A stretch of DNA of 64,000 nucleotides from Actinomycetota bacterium (GCA_019348495.1 JAHWJI010000002.1:72-64071), one strand, 5' to 3'. Shown: positions 17,488 through 27,081, counted from the first letter of the stretch. Translations and numbers: made by a program. The notes: a model not told the origin generated them from the sequence alone.

Positions 17488-19878
17488 ATGGCGAAATTGT
17501 CCCCCGCGCTCGTCCGTCCGGCGCTCGCGATGGCCGTGGCCCTGCTGCTTGGCGCGTGCTCCGCCGATCTGGGCCCGCCCGAGACATCGGCTGCCGACGC
17601 TCCGGTGCGGGCCACGACCACCACCGCACCCCCGCCCCCCACACTCGAACGGGTGGTCGTCGAAGCCCGCGTCCTGGGGGGCCCTGGTGACCAACGCATG
17701 CTCGCGGTGGCGGCGGGGGCCTCGCTGAGCCGAGAGGAGCGCGTCGTGGCGGTGGGCCAGGCCGATGGTCGTCCGGCGGCGTGGTGGTCACCCGACGGCC
17801 GGGCGTGGCAGCGGGCCGAGCTCGACCCCGGGCAGTTCGGCGAAGCCGCCGCGTTCGCCGATGTGGCCGCGGATCCTGTGAGCGGGGGGTGGGTGGCGGT
17901 GGGCGCCGAGGAAGGCCGAGCGGCGGCGTGGGCTTCGCTCGACGGGGTGACCTGGGAGCGGGCCGAGGTCGACCGGGGGCCGGCCATGACCACCGTCGGC
18001 GCCAGCCGGTACGGCCTGATCGCCTTCGGCACGGGCAGCACCGGCGACCCTGGTCGCGACGGGGGGGAGGAGACCGTCGCCTGGCAGTCGGTCTCGGGCC
18101 GGCAGTGGGTGCGGGCGGTCGACGATCCCGACCTGTTCACCCGCCCGGGCACCGAGCGGGTGGTCGCCGTGGCCGACACCGGCGCCGAGGTCCTGGCCGT
18201 GGTCGAGCGCGAGGGCCAAGGCCCGGAGGTGTGGCGTTCGACCGAGGGGCTGTTCTGGTCGCCGGCGCCGGCGGTGGGAACCGACCTGCTGCCTGCCGAG
18301 GGGCGACCGGGCGCCGGCGCCGCCGTGGCCCTGGGGTCGACGTTGGTGGTCGTGGGCACCGACACCAAGGCCGACGGGACCGACGCCGCCATGTGGGTGT
18401 CGACCGGTGCCCAGTCCATCCGCCAGGTCGCCCACGACGAAGCGGTCCTGGGCGGCGACGGTGCCCAGGCCATGGCCGCGCTGGCCCGCAACGGCGACCA
18501 ACTGGTGATGGTCGGCACCGAGACCGACGACGGCGGTGACGTCGACGCGGTGGTGTGGTCGTCGGCGCTGGGGTCGTCCCTGCAGCGGGTCGACGACGAC
18601 GGGCTGGCCGTGGCCGGTGACCAGCACGCGCTCGATGTCACCGTCTCGGGATCGACGCCCGTGGCGGTGGGCTGGGAGGAGTCGCCGGGGGGCGCCGACG
18701 CCGTCGTGTGGGTCGTGGCGCCGGCGGCGGTCGACGAGGCCGAGGAGCCCAACGAGGCGGCTCCACCTCCCGGACCGGCGCTGAACTGGCAGCGGGTCGC
18801 CGCCGGCGACGACTGGTCGGGACCGGGGGAGCAGCGCATGGACGCCCTGGCCGTGACCGCCAACGGCTTCCTGGCGGTGGGATCGGTGCGCGGTGCCGAC
18901 GGTGCCGACGCCGCCGACGGCGCCATGTGGCGCTCGATCGACGGCCAGGAGTGGAGCCGCCCGTCCGACATGGGCGCGTTCGCCGGCCCGGGCGACCAAG
19001 GCCTGGCCGACGTGGCCACCGCACCCGAGGCAGTGGTGGCGGTGGGCGTCGACGGCACCTCGGCGGCGGTCTGGGCCTCGACCGACGGTGAGAGCTGGCT
19101 GCGGGTGGCCCACGACGAAGGCGTCTTCGGCGGCCCGGGCGATCAGCGCATGGAGGCGGTGATGGCCCCGGCCGGCGCAGAGGGGTGGGTGGCCGTGGGT
19201 AGCGACACGGGGACCGGGAGCCAGGACGCGGCGGTCTGGCGCTCGCCCGACGGTCTCACCTGGAGCCGGGTGCGTGACGACGACGCCCTGGCTGGCCCGG
19301 GCGACCAACGCCTGGTCGACGTGGCCACGGGGCCGGCGGGGCTGGTGGCGGTCGGGGTCGACGGGGAGACGGCGTCGGCGTGGACCTCGGGTGACGCCCT
19401 GACGTGGTCACGCACCGGCATCGGGCCCGGGCGGGCGTCGGGTCTGGCCGCCGGCAGCGGGGGCGGGCTGGTGGCGGTCGGCTCGGCGGTGGGGGAGGGT
19501 CTCGACGCCGCCGTGTGGCGCTCGGCGGACGGGCTGGAGTGGTCCCGTGTGGGCGCCGACGACCTCGGCGGCCCCCTCGACCAGGAGCTGACGGCGGTGT
19601 CGGTGGGCGAGGAGCTCAGCGTTGCCGTGGGCCGCACCAGCCGGGGAGGCGGCGACGACGCCGCCGCATCGGCGTCAGGTGACGGCGGCGCCACCTGGCT
19701 CCGCGCCGCCCACGCTGAGCACGTCTTCGGAGGTGACCAGGCCCAGCGCATGCTCGACGTGGCCACCTGGGAGGGCCTGGTGGTCGCCGTGGGCCACACC
19801 GGCTCGACACCCGATGCCCGGGACGGCGCCGTGTGGGTGGCCGACCTGGCCGGAGGCGGTGGCCGAACCGATCTCTGA
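17488..19878 (+). CDS. Lipoprotein built from ~14 tandem BNR/Asp-box-like beta-propeller repeats (probably 2 x 7 blades)
   Basis: Lipobox LLLGAC. Recurring ~50-aa unit [F/L]GGPGDQRM..V....VAVG......AAVW.S.DG..W.RV. A Pro/Glu-rich linker VAPAAVDEAEEPNEAAPPPGP sits mid-protein. Confidence 0.75.
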   Translation: MAKLSPALVRPALAMAVALLLGACSADLGPPETSAADAPVRATTTTAPPPPTLERVVVEARVLGGPGDQRMLAVAAGASLSREERVVAVGQADGRPAAWWSPDGRAWQRAELDPGQFGEAAAFADVAADPVSGGWVAVGAEEGRAAAWASLDGVTWERAEVDRGPAMTTVGASRYGLIAFGTGSTGDPGRDGGEETVAWQSVSGRQWVRAVDDPDLFTRPGTERVVAVADTGAEVLAVVEREGQGPEVWRSTEGLFWSPAPAVGTDLLPAEGRPGAGAAVALGSTLVVVGTDTKADGTDAAMWVSTGAQSIRQVAHDEAVLGGDGAQAMAALARNGDQLVMVGTETDDGGDVDAVVWSSALGSSLQRVDDDGLAVAGDQHALDVTVSGSTPVAVGWEESPGGADAVVWVVAPAAVDEAEEPNEAAPPPGPALNWQRVAAGDDWSGPGEQRMDALAVTANGFLAVGSVRGADGADAADGAMWRSIDGQEWSRPSDMGAFAGPGDQGLADVATAPEAVVAVGVDGTSAAVWASTDGESWLRVAHDEGVFGGPGDQRMEAVMAPAGAEGWVAVGSDTGTGSQDAAVWRSPDGLTWSRVRDDDALAGPGDQRLVDVATGPAGLVAVGVDGETASAWTSGDALTWSRTGIGPGRASGLAAGSGGGLVAVGSAVGEGLDAAVWRSADGLEWSRVGADDLGGPLDQELTAVSVGEELSVAVGRTSRGGGDDAAASASGDGGATWLRAAHAEHVFGGDQAQRMLDVATWEGLVVAVGHTGSTPDARDGAVWVADLAGGGGRTDL

Positions 19879-19911
19879 CGTCGTCGCCGCCGCGGTGGGG
19901 CGTACGGCCAG

Positions 19912-20634
19912 TCAGATGGCGTCGGTGGAGGTGGCCTCCACCCGCACGAGACGGTCGCGGTAGTAGGACTCCATGGCGTCGTTGGCCGAGCGGATGGTCG
20001 ACAGGGCCTCGACCACCGCCGGCCAGGTGTGGCCGGGGACGGCGGTGTACAGCTCCTCGTCCCGCAGGTCGGTGGAGATGCGGTTGCCGGCGCAGCCCAG
20101 GCTGATGGCGCTGTGGCCCGATTGCATGGCCAGGGGCAACACGGCGCAACCCGGCCGCCCCGCCGTGGGCACGGTCATGGGCGACACGCCGGCCCGCAGG
20201 GCGGCTTCGTGCAACAGCATGGCCCGGCCGGGGGTGGTGGCCACGACCACCACGTCGGGATCGAACGTGACCGAGCGGGCGGGCCCGTAGGCGATGTAGC
20301 GGGGAGGCTCGGCCACCGTGGGGATGGACGGGACCTCGGCGGGCTCGACGTAGCCGACCGAGGCCATGAGCTCCAGAGCCTGTCCCAACTCGGCGCGCCG
20401 CTCCTCGGGCAGGGCCATCCCGTGGACGTGGGCGCCCACCGCGCAGTGGTGGTGCTCGGCCGGCTCGGTGTAGAAGGTCCGGCCCGCTCGGGCGTGGCGC
20501 CAGAAGGCGCACCCGGCCGCCACCGGGCCTCCCTCCCATGGGGCGACCCCCGCCGGCGGCTCGGCGAGGAAGGCGATGGCCACCGGCTCGCCGGCGAGGT
20601 CCAACACCGTGCGGGGGGCAGCGTGGTCAGCCAT
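19912..20634 (-). CDS. DUF169 family protein
   Basis: Start trimmed to the ATG at 20634 (MADHAAP...). PVAIAFL...AAGCAFWRHARAGRTFYTEPAEHHHCAVGAHVHGM resembles the DUF169 core. Confidence 0.55.
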   Translation of the reverse strand: MADHAAPRTVLDLAGEPVAIAFLAEPPAGVAPWEGGPVAAGCAFWRHARAGRTFYTEPAEHHHCAVGAHVHGMALPEERRAELGQALELMASVGYVEPAEVPSIPTVAEPPRYIAYGPARSVTFDPDVVVVATTPGRAMLLHEAALRAGVSPMTVPTAGRPGCAVLPLAMQSGHSAISLGCAGNRISTDLRDEELYTAVPGHTWPAVVEALSTIRSANDAMESYYRDRLVRVEATSTDAI

Positions 20635-20722
20635 GCCCCATCCTCGCGCAGTCCCCCGCCGCTCGTGTCGCCTCGAAGCCGGGGAGGGCGAAGGTGGGGA
20701 CGGCGTGCCTAACGTGGGGGTC

Positions 20723-21571
20723 ATGGAGACGGCCGACGCCCCCCTCGCCGGCAGGCGGATCGGGATAACCGCGGATCGCAAGGGCGCCGAGCAGGCGGAG
20801 CTGTTCCGCCGCCGCGGCGCCGACGTGGTGCACGGGCCCACCATGGTCACCGTCGACCTGTCGGCCGAGGAGCCCCTCCGGCAGGCCACCGCCGCCCTGG
20901 TGGCCCACCCACCCGATTACCTGGTGGTGACCACCGGGATGGGCCTGCGCCTGTGGCTGGAGGCGGCGGCGGGGTGGGGAGCCGGCGCCGAGCTGGGCGC
21001 CGCCCTGGCCGGCACCGCCATCTTCGCCCGCGGGGCCAAGGCCGCGTCGGCCGTGCGCCGGGCCGGGCTGGAGGTGGCGTGGCGGGCACCGGGCGAGACC
21101 ATGGACGAGGTGGTCGACCATCTCACCGCCGAGGTGTCCGGCGTCACCCGCCGGCCCCGGGTGGCCTTGCAGCTGTTCGAGCCCGGGGACCACCCGTCGA
21201 CCGAGGCCCTGCGAGCCCTGGCCGGCGAGCTGGTGGAGGTGCCGGTCTACCGCTGGAAGCTGCCGGACGACGTCGGGCCGGCCCGAGCGTTGATCGACGC
21301 CACCGTCGCCGGCCGCCTCGACGCCGTGACCTTCACCAGCCAGCCGGCGGTTCGCCACCTCGTGCGCATCGCCTCCGAGAGCGGCCGGGCCGGGGAGCTG
21401 CTCGCCGCCCTGAACGGTCCCGTGCTGGCCGCCTGCATCGGGCCGGTGTGCGCCGCCGCCGCCACCGAGGTGGGCATCGAGCACCCCGTCTGGCCCGAGC
21501 CTCCCCGCCTGCCGGCCATGGCCCGGCAGGTCACCGAGCACCTCCTGGCCGGGGCCACGGCCAAATCCTGA
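20723..21571 (+). CDS. Uroporphyrinogen-III synthase-like (HemD/HEM4 domain) protein
   Basis: Start at ATG 20723. RRIGITADRKGAEQAELFRRRGADVVHGPT ... LDAVTFTSQPAVRHL (VTFTS motif, as in the HemD half of 28073..29536). Confidence 0.6.
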   Translation: METADAPLAGRRIGITADRKGAEQAELFRRRGADVVHGPTMVTVDLSAEEPLRQATAALVAHPPDYLVVTTGMGLRLWLEAAAGWGAGAELGAALAGTAIFARGAKAASAVRRAGLEVAWRAPGETMDEVVDHLTAEVSGVTRRPRVALQLFEPGDHPSTEALRALAGELVEVPVYRWKLPDDVGPARALIDATVAGRLDAVTFTSQPAVRHLVRIASESGRAGELLAALNGPVLAACIGPVCAAAATEVGIEHPVWPEPPRLPAMARQVTEHLLAGATAKS

Positions 21572-21612
21572 GAAAGCTGATTGGATTGGTCAACTATTGG
21601 TAGGCTGGGTGG

Positions 21613-23403
21613 GTGCGACTGAGTGACCCCTCCGTGGCCCCGCTCGCCGACCCGGCGGCCCTGGCCGACATCGAGAAGTTCGAGCGGATGCTGGCCTCGT
21701 ACCTCGCCGGCGATCTCGACGAGGACCGCTTCCGGATCTTCCGCCTGAACAACGGCATCTACGGCCAGCGCCAGGGCGGCCACAACCAGATGGTGCGGGT
21801 CAAGGTCCCCTACGGATCGCTGCGCCCCGAACAGCTCGACATGATGGCCCGCATCGCCGAGGAGTACTCCCGGGGATGGGGCCACATCACCACCCGCCAG
21901 AACGTCCAGTTCCACTTCGTGGCCCTGGAGCGGGTGCCCGAGCTGTTGCGGGAGCTGGCCAGCGTGGGCCTCACCACCCGGGAGGCGTGCGGCGACACCG
22001 TGCGCAACGTGGTGGGCTGCCACCTGGCCGGGGCCTGCCCCTACGAGGTGCTCGACATCAGCCCGTGGGCCGAGGCCACCTACCGCCACTTCCTGCGCCA
22101 CCCCTACGCCCAGCGCATGCCCCGCAAGTTCAAGATCAACTTCTCGGGCTGCGCCACCGACTGCGGCCAGGCCATGTTCAACGACATCGGCGTGGTGGCC
22201 GTCAGCCGTCCCCACCCCGACGGCACCGTGGAGCCGGGCTTTCGGGTCTTCATCGCCGGCGGCCTGGGGGCCAACCCCCACCCGGCCCAGGCCCTGGAGG
22301 ACTTCACCTCCCGGGAGGACCTCATGCTCACCCTCGAGGCCACCCTGCGCACCTTCGACCACTACGGCAACCGGGACAACAAGCTGCGGGCCCGCATGAA
22401 GTGGCTGGTCGACACCATGGGCATCGAGGAGCTGCGCACGCGCATCCTCAAGGAGCGCCAGCTGCTCCACGCCTCGTCGTCGGCACCCGAGGGCCTCCCC
22501 GAGCAGGTGGCCACCTCCGGCGACGAGCCGGCCGGCGTCTCCGGCGCGGTCAGCCCCACCCCCATGGGCTGGGGGACCAACGTCGAGCTGCGCCGGAGCG
22601 ACCGCTACGGACGTTGGGACGACGCCAACGTGGTGCGGGGCGCGGCCAAGGGCACGGTGTCGGCCATGGCCTACGCCCGCCTGGGCGACATCACCGCCGA
22701 TCAGTTCCGGGCCCTGGCCTCCATCCAGCGGGAGCTGGGGGCCGAGGTGCGCGTCACCAACCGCCAGAACCTGGTGTACCGCAACCTCACCGAGGAGCAG
22801 CTCCCCACCCTGCACGCCCGCCTGGAGCGCCTGGGCATGGCCGAGCCCGGCGCCGAGCTGGCCCGTGACGTGGTGAGCTGCCCCGGGGCCGACACCTGCA
22901 ACCTGGCCGTCACCCAGTCCCGGGGGCTGGCCGACGAGATCGGCCGAGCCCTGGAGGAGGCCGGGCTGGCCGACCTCGGCGGGGTGCGCATCAACATCTC
23001 GGGGTGCACCAACTCCTGTGGCCAGCACCACGTGGCCGACATCGGCTTCGTGGGGGTCGAGCGCCGGGCCTACGGCCGCTCGGCGCCCGGCTACCAGATG
23101 ATGCTGGGTGGCTACCTGGGCCAGACCGAGGTGGAGTTCGGGCGCAAGGCCCGGCGGTTGCCGGCCAAGGCCGCGGGTGCCGCCACGGTGCGGGTGGTGG
23201 GCCGCTTCGCCGCCGAGCGCAGCCCCGGGGAGTCCTTTGCCGGCTGGCTGGAGCGAGCCGGGGGAGCCGGCGCGGTGGGTGCCACCCTGGCCGACCTCGA
23301 CGTCTTCCCCACTCCCGAAGAGGACCCCAGCTTCTTCGTCGACTTCGACGAGACCGGCCCCTACGTGAGCGAGGTCGGCGCCGGGGAGTGCATGGGCTCG
23401 TGA
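21613..23403 (+). CDS. sirA: Ferredoxin-dependent sulfite (nitrite/sulfite) reductase, sirohaem/[4Fe-4S] type
   Basis: 596 aa with a duplicated NIR_SIR architecture. FRLNNGIYGQRQGG..MVRVKVPYGSL. Cluster cysteines SCPGADTCNLA ... SGCTNSCGQHH. Followed by cysH. Confidence 0.85.
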   Translation: MRLSDPSVAPLADPAALADIEKFERMLASYLAGDLDEDRFRIFRLNNGIYGQRQGGHNQMVRVKVPYGSLRPEQLDMMARIAEEYSRGWGHITTRQNVQFHFVALERVPELLRELASVGLTTREACGDTVRNVVGCHLAGACPYEVLDISPWAEATYRHFLRHPYAQRMPRKFKINFSGCATDCGQAMFNDIGVVAVSRPHPDGTVEPGFRVFIAGGLGANPHPAQALEDFTSREDLMLTLEATLRTFDHYGNRDNKLRARMKWLVDTMGIEELRTRILKERQLLHASSSAPEGLPEQVATSGDEPAGVSGAVSPTPMGWGTNVELRRSDRYGRWDDANVVRGAAKGTVSAMAYARLGDITADQFRALASIQRELGAEVRVTNRQNLVYRNLTEEQLPTLHARLERLGMAEPGAELARDVVSCPGADTCNLAVTQSRGLADEIGRALEEAGLADLGGVRINISGCTNSCGQHHVADIGFVGVERRAYGRSAPGYQMMLGGYLGQTEVEFGRKARRLPAKAAGAATVRVVGRFAAERSPGESFAGWLERAGGAGAVGATLADLDVFPTPEEDPSFFVDFDETGPYVSEVGAGECMGS

Positions 23404-24113
23404 CCGACACCGTCGTCAACCTCCGCGTGTCGTCGCCGACGACTTCAGCCGACCTGGCGTCGTTCACGTCCGCGGACCTGGCGGAGATCAGCGCCGGCTT
23501 GGAGACGGCGACGGCCAGCGAGATCGTGGCCTGGGCCGTCGAGCGGTTCCACCCCAACCTGAGCCTCACCTCGTCGATGACCGACGCCGTGCTCATCGAC
23601 CTGGCCATGCGGGTCGAGCCGTCGATCGAGGTCGTGTTCATCGACACCGGCTACCACTTCCCCGAGACCCTCGAGACGATGGAGCGGGTCCGCCGTCACT
23701 ACGGGCTGAACCTCAAGGTCATGACCGTGGCACCGCATGACCAGGAGCTGTGGCGGGTCGACCCCGAGAACTGCTGCTCGGCACTGAAGGTGGGCCAGCT
23801 CGACCGGGCGTTGGCGGGCAAGGCGGCGTGGATGAGCGGTCTGCGTCGGGCCGAGTCGCCCAGCCGGGCGTCGGCCCCGGTCGTGGCCCACGACGTGCGC
23901 GGCCTGGTCAAGATCAACCCGTTGGCCACCTGGGACGACGACGACGTGGCCCGCTACGTCGCCGACCACGACGTGCCCGTCAACCCGCTGCTCCGCCAGG
24001 GCTACCGCTCGATCGGCTGCGCCCCGTGCACCGCCCCCGCCGAGAAGGACGCCGATGCCCGCTCGGGCCGCTGGCAGGGCAGTGAGAAGACCGAGTGCGG
24101 GCTGCACCTGTAG
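23400..24113 (+). CDS. cysH: Adenylyl-sulfate (APS) reductase, thioredoxin-dependent, Fe-S type
   Basis: GTGA overlap with sirA. VFIDTGYHFPET, CC pair (ENCCSALKV), SIGCAPCT and the C-terminal ECGLH motif. Confidence 0.85.
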   Translation: MTDTVVNLRVSSPTTSADLASFTSADLAEISAGLETATASEIVAWAVERFHPNLSLTSSMTDAVLIDLAMRVEPSIEVVFIDTGYHFPETLETMERVRRHYGLNLKVMTVAPHDQELWRVDPENCCSALKVGQLDRALAGKAAWMSGLRRAESPSRASAPVVAHDVRGLVKINPLATWDDDDVARYVADHDVPVNPLLRQGYRSIGCAPCTAPAEKDADARSGRWQGSEKTECGLHL

Positions 24114-24123
24114 ATCTCGCCCA

Positions 24124-24164
24124 CCTTCTGGCTCGCCTCGCTCGCCGGCCCGCCAGCCAGAAGG
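24124..24164 (+). terminator. GC-rich hairpin after cysH (10-bp arms CCTTCTGGCT / AGCCAGAAGG), no U-tract
   Basis: Inverted repeat read directly at 24124-24133 and 24155-24164, 11 nt after the cysH stop. The loop is long (21 nt), so terminator function is uncertain. Confidence 0.25.
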
Positions 24165-24228
24165 GGCGCCTTGGGTGCCCTCGTGGCCGGCGGCCGGGCC
24201 TCGGCGCAGCTGAAGGGACGGAGGCCTA

Positions 24229-24915
24229 GTGGCCTCGTTCGGCTACCCCGTTTGCCTGGATCTCGGTGGCCGGCGCTGTGTCGTCATCGGCGGGGGCACC
24301 GTTGCCGAGCAGAAGGTTCGCGGGCTGCTCGACGGTGAGGGCGATGTGGTGGTGATCGCCGGTGAGGTGACGCCCGGGCTGGAGCGACTGGCGGGCGAGG
24401 GCGCGCTCGAGATCGTGCGCCGGGACTACGCCCGGGGTGACCTCGACGGGGCCTTTGTGGCCATCGCTGCGACTGACGACCCGGACGTCAACGCGGCGGT
24501 GCACGAGGAGGGGACGGCGGGGCGGGTGCTGGTCAACAGCGTGGACGACATCGCCCACTGCCACTTCTCGGTGCCGTCGACCGTGCGCCGGGGTGAGCTC
24601 ACCGTGGCGGTCTCCACGGGGGGCAAGGCGCCGGCGCTGTCCAAGAAGCTGCGCAAGATGTTGTCGGCCCGCCTCGGCCCCGAGTACGCCGACCTGGTGG
24701 AGGTGGTGGGCGAGGTCCGCACCACAGCCCGGCCCGAGCGGGCGCGGGTCGACTTCGAGACCTGGGCGACTCGTTGGGAGCTGGGTCTGGACGACGACGT
24801 GATGGCCATGGTCGCCGACGGCCGGCTCGACGAGGCCCGGAGCCGGCTGCTGGCCGTCCTGGCCGGTGACGTGGGGCCACGCCCCCTGGCGGACGGGTCC
24901 CCGGTTGGCTCGTGA
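24229..24915 (+). CDS. Precorrin-2 dehydrogenase / sirohydrochlorin ferrochelatase (CysG N-terminal / Met8 / SirC-type)
   Basis: CLDLGGRRCVVIGGGTVAEQKVRGLLDGEGDVVVIA (Rossmann fold) ... VSTGGKAPALSKKLR motif typical of the sirohaem synthase N-domain. Confidence 0.75.
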   Translation: MASFGYPVCLDLGGRRCVVIGGGTVAEQKVRGLLDGEGDVVVIAGEVTPGLERLAGEGALEIVRRDYARGDLDGAFVAIAATDDPDVNAAVHEEGTAGRVLVNSVDDIAHCHFSVPSTVRRGELTVAVSTGGKAPALSKKLRKMLSARLGPEYADLVEVVGEVRTTARPERARVDFETWATRWELGLDDDVMAMVADGRLDEARSRLLAVLAGDVGPRPLADGSPVGS

Positions 24916-24953
24916 GCTTGTGAAGCGCACCAGGCCATCGGTAGGTTGGTGAC

Positions 24954-25715
24954 GTGAAGGCCCTTCGACCCCGGCGCCGCATCCCGGAGGCCACGGTCGC
25001 CCGCCTGCCCGTGTACCTCCGCAGCCTCCTCGAGCTCGCCGGCGTGGACACGGTGACCATATCCTCGGAGCGCCTGGCCGAGATGGCCGGGGTCAACGCG
25101 GCCAAGGTCCGCAAGGACCTGTCCTACCTGGGCTCCTACGGCACTCGGGGCGTGGGCTACGACGTCGAGTTCCTGTTGTTCCAGATGAGCCGGGAGCTGG
25201 GCCTGACCCAGGCCTGGCCCGTGGTCATCGTCGGGGTGGGGAACCTGGGCCACGCCCTGGCCAACTACGGCGGCTTCGGCGAGCGGGGGTTCCCCGTCGG
25301 CGCCCTGGTCGACGCCGATCCGGCCAAGGTGGGAGAGCGGGTGGGTGAGCTGGTCATTCGCAGCGTCGAAGAGCTGCCCACCGTCGTCGCCGAGCTGGGG
25401 CCGTCGATCGGCGTGGTGGCCACGCCGGCGTCGGTGGCCCAGGAGGTGGTCGACCAACTGGTGGCCGCCGGCGTGCGCTCCATCCTCAACTTCGCGCCCA
25501 CGATGGTGACGGTGCCGGCCGACGTCTCGCTGCGCAAGGTCGATCTCGCCGTCGAGCTGCAGATCCTCAGCTTCTACCAGCAGCGGCGCAGCCCGCTCGT
25601 GGCGCCCGCCGTCCCCGCCCCGATCGACGCCGAGGAGGTCGCTGCCGGCGGGAACGAGCGCTCGCCGGGCATGGTGGCCGCCCCGCTCTCCGTGGCCACC
25701 GACGCCCCCTCCTGA
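24954..25715 (+). CDS. rex: Redox-sensing transcriptional repressor Rex
   Basis: RIPEATVARLPVYLRSL...SSERLAEMAGVNAAKVRKDLSYLGSYGTRGVGYDV (winged helix) and the Rossmann motif VVIVGVGNLGHAL. Confidence 0.9.
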   Translation: MKALRPRRRIPEATVARLPVYLRSLLELAGVDTVTISSERLAEMAGVNAAKVRKDLSYLGSYGTRGVGYDVEFLLFQMSRELGLTQAWPVVIVGVGNLGHALANYGGFGERGFPVGALVDADPAKVGERVGELVIRSVEELPTVVAELGPSIGVVATPASVAQEVVDQLVAAGVRSILNFAPTMVTVPADVSLRKVDLAVELQILSFYQQRRSPLVAPAVPAPIDAEEVAAGGNERSPGMVAAPLSVATDAPS

Positions 25716-25821
25716 TGGGTGAGCGCCCGGCGGTGAGTTGGCACAGGTCCCTCAGGTCGGAGAGGCTGCAACCGGTCGAGCGAGCAGAGCCAGGACGAGA
25801 GCGAAGGGAGGCTCGGGCCAG

Positions 25822-27081
25822 GTGTCGGTGATCGTCGTCGGGCTCAACCACCGCAGCGTGTCCCTCGAGGTGCTCGAGCGCATGACCGTGCCCCAGCCCC
25901 GTATGGCCAAGGCGCTCCACGATCTCATGGGGCGCGACGACCTCTCCGAAGCCGTGGTGCTGTCCACCTGCAACCGCACCGAGATCTACGCCCACGCCGA
26001 ACGCTTCCACGGTGCGGTGGGCGACGTACGCGACTTCCTCTCCGAGCTGGGCGCCCTGGCCCCCGAGGAGTTCGCCGATCACCTCTACCAGTTCCACGAC
26101 GCCGGAGCCGTGGCCCACCTGTTCACCGTGGCCGCCGGGGTCGACTCGGCGGTGCTGGGCGAGACCGAGATCCTCCGACAGGTCAAGGGCGCGTGGGACC
26201 TGGCCTCGGCCGAGGGCGCCACCGGACCGGTCCTCAACATGCTCTTCCGCCACGCCCTGGAGGTGGGCAAGCGGGTGCGCACCGAGACGGCCATCTCCCG
26301 GCACATCACCTCCCTCTCCCAGGCCGCCGTCGCCCTGGCCGCCGAGCGCCTCGGCTCCCTGGCCGGGCGTCGGGTCCTCGTCCTCGGCGCGGGCGAGACG
26401 GGCGAGCGGATGGTGGCCTCGTTGGCCCAGGCCGGCGTGGCCGAGGTGCTGGTGGCCAACCGGACCTGGGAGCGGGCCGAAGCCCTGGCCAACCGGGTGG
26501 GGGGCCGGGCCCTCGGACTGGTCCACGTCCCCGCCGCCCTGGTCGAGGTCGATCTGTTGTTGACGTCCACCGGCGCCTCCTCGGTCCTGGTCGACCACGG
26601 CGACCTGGAAGGTGTGGTGGCCGCCCGGGGCGGGCGTCCCCTGCTCATCGTGGATGTCGCCGTGCCCCGCGACGTCGACCCCGGCGCCGCCGACCTGGCC
26701 GGGGTGACGCTGCTCGACATGGACGACCTGCGGGCCTTCGCCGAGCGGGGCCTGGCTGAGCGCCGGCGGGAGGTGACCCGGGCCCGGGACCTCATCGACG
26801 ACGAGGTGTGCCGGTACCGCGAGGCCATCACCACCCGCCAGGTGGCGCCCCTGGTCACTGCCCTGCGCCGGCGGGTCGACGAGGTGCGGGCCGCCGAGGT
26901 CGACCGGCTCAGCCGCGGCCTCGACCCGACCCAGCGCGAGGCCGTCGACGCCATCGCCCGCAACGTGGTGGCCAAGCTGTTGCACGAGCCCACCGTCCGC
27001 CTCAAGGAATCGGCCGGCTCGCCCCGGGGAGAGCGCCTGTCCGAGGCGCTGCGGGACCTGTTCGGCCTCACTGACGACTAG
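25822..27081 (+). CDS. hemA: Glutamyl-tRNA reductase
   Basis: GTG at 25822 preceded by GAAGGGAGG. VSVIVVGLNHRSVSLEVLERM...VLSTCNRTEIY...VLVLGAGETGE. Confidence 0.9.
   Translation: MSVIVVGLNHRSVSLEVLERMTVPQPRMAKALHDLMGRDDLSEAVVLSTCNRTEIYAHAERFHGAVGDVRDFLSELGALAPEEFADHLYQFHDAGAVAHLFTVAAGVDSAVLGETEILRQVKGAWDLASAEGATGPVLNMLFRHALEVGKRVRTETAISRHITSLSQAAVALAAERLGSLAGRRVLVLGAGETGERMVASLAQAGVAEVLVANRTWERAEALANRVGGRALGLVHVPAALVEVDLLLTSTGASSVLVDHGDLEGVVAARGGRPLLIVDVAVPRDVDPGAADLAGVTLLDMDDLRAFAERGLAERRREVTRARDLIDDEVCRYREAITTRQVAPLVTALRRRVDEVRAAEVDRLSRGLDPTQREAVDAIARNVVAKLLHEPTVRLKESAGSPRGERLSEALRDLFGLTDD

Noticed and set aside
24918-24924. TTGTGAA half-site upstream of rex, considered as a possible autoregulatory Rex operator.
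   Set aside because: Only the left half matches. The right half (ACCAGGC) matches 2 of 7 consensus positions. The hexamer may simply be a -35-like element 18 nt upstream of the TAGGTT hexamer, so I did not call it an operator.
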